This document shows positions 39,436 through 48,934 of a stretch of DNA of 54,825 nt, one piece after another. A program made the position numbers and the translations under genes. This DNA comes from Octopus bimaculoides (taxonomy: Eukaryota), in contig NC_068994.1 of the NCBI RefSeq assembly GCF_001194135.2, forward strand, positions 44,272,960 through 44,327,784, in the 5' to 3' direction. The notes beneath the pieces are model-generated. The model did no database searches. It saw only the letters and a program-made list of their open reading frames with translations, and was not told the DNA's origin. Positions within the stretch are counted from its first letter, which is position 1, and the number at the start of each line of letters is the position of its first letter.

Positions 39436-40199
39436 CTGAAAAATACATGGAAGTTACATGAAATTGCAATGGAATACTGCAAAGTCTTTGGGTTTGGTTT
39501 GGCTAGTGATATAATTAACAGATTAAAGCTGAACGACACAGCTTGAAACCATTCATTTTCATGTAGCATCTCAGTTGTTGAAGTGACTAGTGGAAAATTA
39601 TCCTTTAAGTGAAATAGCCTTAAGTGTTTTGGAGGGGAGTAGAAATTGCTTCAGATACCAAATATCAGATTAAATTAAAGACTTTAGAATAAAGCAATTT
39701 AGAAAGCAAATTTTTTATTTTTTTATTTTTAAATAATAATTAGTAGTATTCTATGCCAAATAACTTAGTCAAAATTTTTACCAAGATTAGTAGGGTACAA
39801 ACAGATACAGGACCGAATTTAGACTAATAAATCTAATTTCAAAAATTAATTCTAGCTAGCAACAAAAATAGGAATTATATTGGGCAATTAATATAATTAT
39901 TATTTATTTTTTTTAATCTTTATATTAGAGACTTGACAAAGATGCTGATATTTACAGCAATCATAAATCAGAAAGGGAAAAATAAATTTTGTCTCTGATA
40001 AAATTTCACGATTTTACATTTACATCATGTATACCATTTATGCTAAGGTAGAAAAAAAAAAGAAGTAAATAGATAAAATACTCTGTAAATAATAAAACTA
40101 ACTGGTATTGGTTGATTATCTTAAATTTACAGACTGAAATATTCTGGACGAATAGAAGAAGCATTCTGCAGAAGTCAGAATTTTTCTTCAAACTGAAAT

Positions 40200-40400
40200 A
40201 TTAGTTGTTGATGACTGATGCAACAAAAGGCAGTGCCTTATAGTGGTTGTTTGTTTTCCATTTAATTGTTACAACCATTATCAGCAGCTGGTATGTATTC
40301 CAGACCAAACTGCTGCTACGCTTCAAGGATTACTCTGCTGTTACTTCCACTCTGCACTGTTTCCCATTCAAGCTGCAGCAGCTGCTGCTGCTGTTGTTGC

Positions 40401-40435
<35 letters not shown>

Positions 40436-40470
40436 CTGTTGATTCTGATATAACCAAGGCAGCTACTACT
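40200..40470 (-). pseudogene. Fossil polyglutamine-containing exon
   Basis: LYQNQQQ*QQQQ...QLLQLEWETVQSGSNSRVILEA*QQFGLEYIPAADNGCNN*MENKQPL*GTAF; mixed CAG/CAA run with TAG/TAA interruptions. Boundaries approximate. Confidence 0.5.
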
Positions 40471-40996
40471 GTCACAGAAATGAAGGGATAGCTACTACAC
40501 AACAGAGAGAAAATAGCAATTTTACTAGCTTGTTCGATATCTTTTATTTCATGGTATCATTTGTTCAATTATCAACATCAACCAAATTCAATGATTTATC
40601 TATCAAGTTAATTTTTGAAATAAATTCTTGGTTTTTGCCAACCAAATATAAATATATATATAAATACATAAATGTGTATATATATATATATATATACATG
40701 TATATATATATATATACATATATATATAAATATATTTTTTATCAATCACCAAATGAGATGCATGACAAGCAAAGACAGTGACAAGATTATAGATAATCCA
40801 TAGAAACATCTAAATGTTTTCTGGAAACTACATCATTTTCATTCTGTCAAAATAACTGCAAAGAAAGTTTGCTAATTCAGCTGTCGAAAAATAAATGAAC
40901 GTTTTTGTAGACAAACATAATGATCTGAAATGAATTTCTCTGGAATATTTCAGAACAGCTTCATCTGAATTCTACACTGAATATCCCTGCAAATCA

Positions 40997-41041
<45 letters not shown>

Positions 41042-41148
41042 GCTTCCATAGATTTTATAATAGAATTATTGAATAAATATACTTTTAACCCACATCTGAT
41101 AGCGCTTATTTGTTTGGGATAGAATTTTAGAGAGAAAGCAGGACTTGC

Positions 41149-41280
41149 CGGTTTAGGTGGCGGTGGTTTGAATGTGGTAGTTGAAGCTTTCCACTCATTT
41201 TGTGGTTCAAGGACAAAGTAAAACTGACTTGACGCGTCAGCCATAAGAGGGTTTCCGAATATGTCTGCAGAGCTGTAATT
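41149..41280 (-). CDS. Repeat exon B1: NYSSADIFGNPLMADASSQFYFVLEPQNEWKASTTTFKPPPPKP
   Basis: atttcttttctattccttag acceptor, open frame, phase 0. Donor is probably non-canonical CCG|GCAAGT; an alternative weak GT donor lies at 41082. Confidence 0.75.
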
Positions 41281-41392
41281 CTAAGGAATAGAAAAGAAAT
41301 GAGGGTGTTTTAGAGGAGCAAGATGGACAAAGAATTACGGCTTTATATCATAGTAGAAACGCTCAAACATAGGACATATACACACACATATC

Positions 41393-41440
<48 letters not shown>

Positions 41441-41448
41441 GAGTTGTT

Positions 41449-41486
<38 letters not shown>

Positions 41487-41767
41487 AACTGTTTTGATCC
41501 ATACATGTAACTCCCAATGAATATGTTGAGTGCCCTTCTTTCCTTTTTCTACTCACTCATATATATATATATANNNNNNNNNNNNNNNNNNNNNNNNNNN
41601 NNNNNNNNNNNNNNNNNNNNNNNNNNNNNNNNNNNNNNNNNNNNNNNNNNNNNNNNNNNNNNNNNNNNNNNNNNNNNNNNNNNNNNNNNNNNNNNNNNNN
41701 NNNNNNNNNNNNNNNNNNNNNNNNNNNNNNNNNNNNNNNNNNNNNNNNNNNNNNNNNNNNNNNNNNN

Positions 41768-41831
<64 letters not shown>

Positions 41832-42107
41832 GATGTGTATGAATACAACGCACACATATACATGCAGATTGATAGATAAATAGATAGATAGAGTACAGAT
41901 CTGGAGAAAACATACATGGTAAACAACAATCAGTGCCTAGAAAGCAATCAATGTAAACAGCACACAATAAAACAAATCACAGCCGTGAATAACAGAGTAA
42001 CAATAAGCAACTGTATATCATTATTATTATCATTATTATTATTATTATCATTATTATTATCATTATTATTATTACTATTACTATTATTATTACTATTACT
42101 ATTATTA

Positions 42108-42143
<36 letters not shown>

Positions 42144-42501
42144 TAGCATTGGTAACAAGCTATAAACCTTGAGTAAAATAACAAGAATATTGAACAAAAG
42201 CATAGTACTGAACACAAAAAAAAAATCTAATCAACACTGGACTATGACCTTCAGAGGCCACGCATTTTAATGTATTTAATATGCATATTGTAGAGGCAAA
42301 ACAGCCGAACAAATAGATAAAGTATTGGACTGACAGGACTACTGCTAGCTTCTCGGTGCAGAGTTGTTGCGTTCTATAGTGTTGTTATTATTTAACCCCT
42401 GGTCTATTCTAATTGAGCAAAGCCTATGGTCATAAGCATTTTTAGCTGTGACCATCCCAACATATGTAGGATTATCATTATCTAATGTGTTCTCTTCTTA
42501 C

Positions 42502-42783
42502 ATAAAACGATAGGGTTTGATTCAATGGAGATATGGCTGTTATTAATCTGGTTGAATGACCACATAGAAGCTCGCTTGATAGCTCGTATCTTTCTACAGT
42601 TGTTTTATTATGTCTCAGGACAGGGCACTGAATTCTTGTTATGCTTGCTTCAGTTTTACTTGCTTCGGTTATGCTTGCTTCAGTTGGGGATTACATGCAA
42701 GACTGTATCGGAATATTACTTCTCCCAGCATGGCATCTTATCTAGGGAGAGATTCAGCTCTCATTCACTTAATGTTATGGAGC
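42502..42783 (-). pseudogene. SZT2: Fossil exon of the same pseudogene
   Basis: Acceptor attactccag, donor AT|GTAAGA; LHNIK*MRAESLPR*DAMLGEVIFRYSLACNPQLKQA*PKQVKLKQA*QEFSALS*DIIKQL*KDTSYQASFYVVIQP; about 9 stops, no frameshift. Confidence 0.55.
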
Positions 42784-43084
42784 CTGGAGTAATAATAATC
42801 ACTACATATTTTAAATATTCACGTCAGTACACAGTGAAATTGTTGACTTCAATACAGATAGAATAACAGTAATATAATTGTTGGTAATTTTTTTTTTTTT
42901 AATGAAGACAAAAGAAGGAAATTTTAAGACTTATTGATACATTGTAATAATTGTTTCTAAAATAAATTTTAAAAAAACATTATTTATTTTTCACAGGTTC
43001 TATTATTCTGTCACAGCCTCAAAATGTAGATATTATCATATAATCGAATACAGCATTTAAACATATTTACTCATATGCACTAAG

Positions 43085-43277
43085 ACTCAGTATGTAAATA
43101 TGCTAGGTCACTAAACTAAATAAGCTGACATAGGTCATTACACTCAGTTTGTAGGCACGATAGCTCATGAAGCAGAACAAGTAGACATGCTACAACACAA
43201 GGAACCACCATATGTAGGTTTCCTAGGCCGTCAAACCCAATTATAATATTTAAACTCATTAGGTTGTTAAATTCAGG
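43085..43277 (-). pseudogene. SZT2: SZT2-like fossil exon
   Basis: PEFNNLMSLNIIIG...LQTECNDLCQLI*FSDLAYLHTES*; resembles recalled ALHSVIQEKFLEISRLH. Confidence 0.5.
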
Positions 43278-43521
43278 CTGTAGATATTCTTTTATTCTTC
43301 TTCTTCTATTCATCCATTATTCTATTCTTTTAGTGGATGACAATCATTGGACTGTAGCCATGCTGGAGCACTGCTTATTAAGGCTTTTGAGTTAATCATA
43401 GTGACGCATGTACTTTATTCTGCCTGGTACTTGTTTTATCAATCTCTACCTATCAAACAGCAAAGTTTGTTTTTGACATATTGTTCTACATAAACAAATG
43501 CACACATACATATATTCATAG

Positions 43522-43570
<49 letters not shown>

Positions 43571-43633
43571 TTTATTCATTTACATGCATACATATATACA
43601 TATATATGTATATATATATATATATATATACTT

Positions 43634-43668
<35 letters not shown>

Positions 43669-43673
43669 CATAC

Positions 43674-43707
<34 letters not shown>

Positions 43708-44857
43708 ATACATATATATGTAAATATATATATATATATATATATTTATTTATGTATGTATGTATATATATATGCATCTATATATATATGTATGTATATA
43801 TGCATGTATATATATATGTATATATATATGTCTGATTATATGTATATAGATATATGTATTTATGTTTGTGTGTGTAAGTGTAGTACATATATGCATATAT
43901 ACACGTGTATGTATATGTATCCATCTGTCTATATATATATATATATAGATAGATAGATAGATAGATAGGTTGATAGACAAATAAATAAACAGTGAGTTTC
44001 CACACAGTTTTTGTCTGCCAAAATCCCACTCACAAGGCATTCTTTGAACCAAGGCTACAGTAAAATGCACATCATCTCCAGAGGCATCAAACTCAGAGCC
44101 ATGTAGTTGCAAATCCATCCTCTTAACCAAACAAGTGTTCCTGCACCTTTATATTTGGTTAACAAATATAACATTCAGATATGTAAAGTAATCAAACCCC
44201 CTAGATGCAGATGTTTACAAATATTCTAGGTCATCAAATCTAATATGTGGACATATTAACATATTAAGCATAACATTTAAATATTCTTAGATATTTTAGG
44301 TTGTCAAAATAAACAGATTTATGTATTAGGCCATTGTATTTGAGACTAGTATGTTATAGCAGGGATGGAGAATTTTATAATGTTGGAAGGTTGCATTGAA
44401 GATAACTGCCATCTGGTGAATCCATATTTCAAAAAAAATAAAAATGGTGTTTTTAAGCCTATTGTTTTACAAAATTTAAGTATTCATAAATATTTTAACA
44501 AAATGCTAAAACAAATAATAATTTTAAAAAAACGATGGTATAGTTTTGGAATAAGAATCAACATTGGACTTTTCTTTGGATTTTTATCTTAAATATATTT
44601 GCAATAACTTGAACCATTTTGATACCAACCAGTGTGTGCCCCCCACCCCTGTTCAGTGATAGAAACTTTCTAATTTAAAGTGGTTTTAATTAAAATCTTC
44701 CCTCAAAATTTCTTGTGAATTTAAGTAAAAAGTACCAACTTAATAATGACAAAATCATTTTATTAAACTTTTCATTATTTTAAAAATTTATTGTAATTTT
44801 TTTAAAGTTATAACAAAAGGGTTAAATCAGTAATTAGTAGTAAAGATAAAGAAAGCT

Positions 44858-45250
44858 ATATGGTAAAAATCTTGCTTCTCAACAACATTGTTCTGGGTTC
44901 AGTCCCACTGTGTTGCACCTTGGACAAGTATCTTCTATAGTCTCAGGCTGATCAAAGCCTTGTGAGTGGATTTGGCAGATGGAAACTGAAAGAAGCTTGT
45001 TGTGTGTATATGTGTGTGTTTGTCTGTTTGTCCCCCCCCCCACCACCACCACCATCACCACCATTTCTTGACAACAGGTGTTAGTGTGTTTACGTCCATG
45101 TAACTTAGCAGTTCAACAAAAGAAATGGACAGATTAAGTACCAGGCTTTAAAAAATGGATAAGTACTGGAATCAATTCATTTGACAAAAAATTCTTCAAG
45201 ATGGTGACCCAGGATGGCTGCGGTCTAGTGACGAAAACAAGTAACAGATA
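44858..45250 (+). mobile_element. SINE family A
   Basis: B box GGTTCAGTCCC and the family A body. Confidence 0.85.
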
Positions 45251-45261
45251 ACGGATAAGAC

Positions 45262-45476
45262 ATTTCTGATGTTTACAGTTTGTTGATAAGATGAATATCA
45301 ATTAAAGATAAACCAACAACTCTGTATTCTTGTGAAATAATTTCCTCACAAACATACTTCTTTCAGAGGGTTGCATTTAGCCTTCAAGAAGGCAGAAGGT
45401 TTCCAGTCTCTGATTTACAAGATCAAGATAACACCAATATATTTGCTTCATCAGAATACAATGTTTGCTATATAAC
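45262..45476 (-). pseudogene. SZT2: SZT2-like fossil exon, 5' side replaced by a SINE
   Basis: YSKHCILMKQIYWCYLDLVNQRLETFCLLEG*MQPSERSMFVRKLFHKNTELLVYL*LIF. Confidence 0.6.
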
Positions 45477-45479
45477 ACC

Positions 45480-45642
45480 TGGCAGGCATAGCTGTGAGAT
45501 AAGAAGTTTGCTTCCCAACCACATGGTTCTGGGTTCGGTTCCAGTGAGTGACACCTTGGGCAAGTGTCTTCTACTGTAGCCATAGGCTGACCAAAACTTT
45601 GTGAGTGAATTTGGTAGCAGGAAACTGAAAGAAGTTCATTAT

Positions 45643-45676
<34 letters not shown>

Positions 45677-45888
45677 CTGTGTCTGTGTCTGTGTTTGTCC
45701 CCCTCCACCACTTGACAACCAGTGTTGGTTTGTTTTCATCCCCATAACTTAGCAGTTAAGCCAAAGAGACTGATAGAATATGTATCAGGCTTTAAAAAAA
45801 ATGTGCGGCAGTCGATTCATTCAACAAAATATTCTTCAAGGCAGTGCCCCAGCATAGCTGTAGTCTAATGATTGAAACAAGCAAAGAA
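45480..45888 (+). mobile_element. SINE family A, full length, abutting a fossil exon
   Basis: Head ggcaggcatagctgtgagataag...ggttcggttcc and the family A body. Confidence 0.85.
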
Positions 45889-46177
45889 AAGGCTTTTGTT
45901 TTCACAGCTAAAATTCCCTTAAGACATGCCTTTCAAAATTTATAAATCTTTAGTTATCAGTCTTTGCTTCGTCATGTGGTTGAGAAATTCAATCTGTGAC
46001 CACATTATTCCAGTTTCAATCCCACTACAATGAAAGAAACCTTAAACAAGTGCCTTCTATTGTAGCCTAAGGTTGACCAATATTTTATGAATGGAATTTG
46101 GTCAACAGATAAATAGAAACAGTGTGAAAGCACCTTGCATATTTATTAATTTATTTTTCAATCTACTTGTCTGTCTG

Positions 46178-46212
<35 letters not shown>

Positions 46213-46226
46213 CTATATATCATTAT

Positions 46227-46367
46227 CATCATCGTTTAATGTCCGCCTTCCATGCTAGCATGGGTTGGATGATTTGACTGAGGACTAGTGAACCAGATGG
46301 CTACACCAGTCCTCAGTCAAATCGTCCAACCCATGATAGCATGAAAGGCAGACGTTAAACGATGATG
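46227..46367. repeat. Fold-back inverted repeat of the family C terminus
   Basis: Arms 46227-46286 and 46308-46367 (60 bp, 5 mismatches), 21-nt spacer. Confidence 0.9.
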
Positions 46368-46420
46368 ATGATGATGATGATATATGTGTATATATATATA
46401 TATATATGTGTATATATATA

Positions 46421-46455
<35 letters not shown>

Positions 46456-46992
46456 NNNNNNNNNNNNNNNNNNNNNNNNNNNNNNNNNNNNNNNNNNNNN
46501 NNNNNNNNNNNNNNNNNNNNNNNNNNNNNNNNNNNNNNNNNNNNNNNNNNNNNNNNNNNNNNNNNNNNNNNNNNNNNNNNNNNNNNNNNNNNNNNNNNNN
46601 NNNNNNNNNNNNNNNNNNNNNNNNNNNNNNNNNNNNNNNNNNNNNNNNNNNNNNNNNNNNNNNNNNNNNNNNNNNNNNNNNNNNNNNNNNNNNNNNNNNN
46701 NNNNNNNNNNNNNNNNNNNNNNNNNNNNNNNNNNNNNNNNNNNNNNNNNNNNNNNNNNNNNNNNNNNNNNNNNNNNNNNNNNNNNNNNNNNNNNNNNNNN
46801 NNNNNNNNNNNNNNNNNNNNNNNNNNNNNNNNNNNNNNNNNNNNNNNNNNNNNNNNNNNNNNNNNNNNNNNNNNNNNNNNNNNNNNNNNNNNNNNNNNNN
46901 NNNNNNNNNNNNNNNNNNNNNNNNNNNNNNNNNNNNNNNNNNNNNNNNNNNNNNNNNNNNNNNNNNNATATATACATACATATATATATATG

Positions 46993-47037
<45 letters not shown>

Positions 47038-47359
47038 AATGTGACAGACAGAAATAGTGGGATATTTGTGTGTGTGTGTGTGTGTGTGTGTGTGAGTCTA
47101 TATGGGTGTCCGTGTGTCCCTATTCATGTTTACAGCTAGTGTAAACAATCACATTGAGTTGCACATTTTTATGTAAAAATAGAAAAATAAGGTAGCATAA
47201 GTAACATTTGACAAACAGACATCAATGAAATGAGTATCAGACTAAATCTGGCACTTGGGGCAGAAGTGGTAGGGTCAAGGTCAGCAAAGTACTTTGAAAA
47301 ATTCCTTGAAGGCATTGCCCCAGCATGGCCTGTGTAAAAGAGTAGCTGAAGTATTGATG

Positions 47360-47422
47360 GGTGCATTATTATTTTCATTATTACTATTATGTTTGTTGTT
47401 GTTGTTATTATTATTATGATTA

Positions 47423-47457
<35 letters not shown>

Positions 47458-47762
47458 TTGGTGGATACATCTTTCCACAGTTTCATATGTTCACTCTAGT
47501 TATTGTTGCAGCTTTGATTTCTAGTGGTGGCAGTGTTCTTTTGCTGTTATTGATAATGATGATGATGATGTGGAGGAGGAGGACAATGATGATGATGGTG
47601 ACAATGACAATGACAACAACAGCAATGACAATAATGATAATGATGATGAAGATGATGACAGTGGTGGTGGTGGTGGTGGTTTTGGTGGTGTTGATGGTGG
47701 TGCTGATGATGATGATGATGGCTATGATTATGATAATGGTGAATGGAGTGATGGTTTTGCTG

Positions 47763-47793
<31 letters not shown>

Positions 47794-47880
47794 TGATGAC
47801 AACAATGATGAAGACAATGATCATGATAATGACAATTATGATGATGATGATGATGATGATCATGATGCTGACGGTGTTGT
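47360..47880. repeat. Compound trinucleotide array (ATT/GAT/GGT)
   Basis: Direct reading. Confidence 0.9.
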
Positions 47881-47884
47881 TGTT

Positions 47885-48080
47885 TATACAGAGTAGTCAA
47901 CATTAGCAATACAGCTGCAGTAAGCAGTAGTTCTATGGTGGTATAGCAGTAGCCAATCAAATACTTCGGAGCAATACTTATAGATGTAACACTCCGGATA
48001 TGCCGTGCATCAGTCTGGGACCATGTTGCACATCCCATCAACTGGTGGGAATCAGATGCAACAGTCAGGTCATGCTGCAT
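47885..48080 (-). pseudogene. SZT2: SZT2-like fossil exon (most 5' one found)
   Basis: DAA*PDCCI*FPPVDGMCNMVPD*CTAYPECYIYKYCSEVFDWLLLYHHRTTAYCSC. Boundaries approximate. Confidence 0.52.
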
Positions 48081-48185
48081 CTGATTTTTTTTTTCCATAA
48101 TTGCATCCGGTTAATAAATAACGAAAATATTTCTTGTCAGTTCCAGAGATGGACAATGTTATGTTGTTATTATTGTTATTGCTGC

Positions 48186-48219
<34 letters not shown>

Positions 48220-48894
48220 ATTGAATTTCCTAGTTACCCTGACTGAACATGTCTATGTTCAAATGTATTTCAGCCATGACCATCCTATCTACTCAAGGGC
48301 TATTTATGACTACATTGTCTTATGTGTTTTTTTTTTAACTTTGAGAGTGATTTGTGAGAAATTTGGCTGCTCTTTCTAGATTTCTAGAAGAATGACCTAT
48401 CACATAATGGCTTCTCTTTTTAGCTCAAGAAAGAAGGAAGGAAATATGATATCAGTTGGAATGTAGAACTTTGAATTCCTGGAGTTCACACAAGTTATTT
48501 AATAACCCAGTACAGAATTTTATCCTAGCCTAGGAATTGATGATGCAGTTATTTTGGTAGTTTCGTTTTCCTGTTTTGTTTTGTCTGCCACTACATTCCT
48601 CAACGTTGCGAATTTAATTTGAATTAAATTTAATTTAAATTCAATTTGTGGTCCGTGGGAAGAGCCATTTTAACGATGCATCCTGCCCTAACTCTTCGAA
48701 ACACCTGTGTTAGAATGGGGGCAGCTGATGAAGGAGATGTTCTCTATGTGGCCTGTGTGTTTTCTGTACTCGTTTATCATTTTGTCTATGTTTTATTTAC
48801 AATGTCCTGTACCCAGATATGCATCTATATATACAGGTAGATGTAAGTATGTACATACATGTACGTATATATGCATATACTCATTTATTATGTG

Positions 48895-48934
<40 letters not shown>

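Larger units (their letters stand above)
1228..48080 (-). pseudogene. SZT2: Degraded multi-exon SZT2 (KICSTOR complex subunit)-like pseudogene; probably extends beyond the window
   Basis: More than 20 minus-strand blocks with acceptors/donors and protein-like frames broken by stops. Colinear motif matches to recalled human SZT2 include YPECYIYKYCSE~CPVYIYSCSLE, KHCILMKQIYWCY~NHCALLQEHAQRCY, VLNSFSL**NL~VLNAFSVVNRKNM, HVQLKHLIG~HIQLLVHG, HSEVL~PSEVL, I*LGVTE..AASKSITD~LRLDVWE..AARQALAD, CSVSKS~CASVSRS, IYFCRATMELLD~VHYCATAMLFD, EGCLYVQ~QGCYFCVKQ. Confidence 0.72.

Noticed and set aside
27337-41280. Dispersed ~55-nt repeat as a CRISPR-like array or MITE
   Set aside because: Copies are kilobases apart, lack TIRs/TSDs, vary at synonymous positions and are bounded by splice sites; eukaryotic context.
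42525-42866. 113-aa plus-strand ORF (also 38734-38925, 28105-28335, 1280-1462)
   Set aside because: These are antisense shadows of minus-strand fossil exons. The splice sites and protein-like frame are on the minus strand.
1228-48080. Alternative identities for the pseudogene (GREB1, ZSWIM4/5/6/8)
   Set aside because: Only isolated short resemblances in non-colinear order, whereas SZT2 motifs match in order along the whole locus.
47547-48098. 183-aa minus-strand ORF MEKKNQMQHD...
   Set aside because: The C-terminal half is a trinucleotide array, and the SZT2-like peptide is in a different, stop-containing frame.
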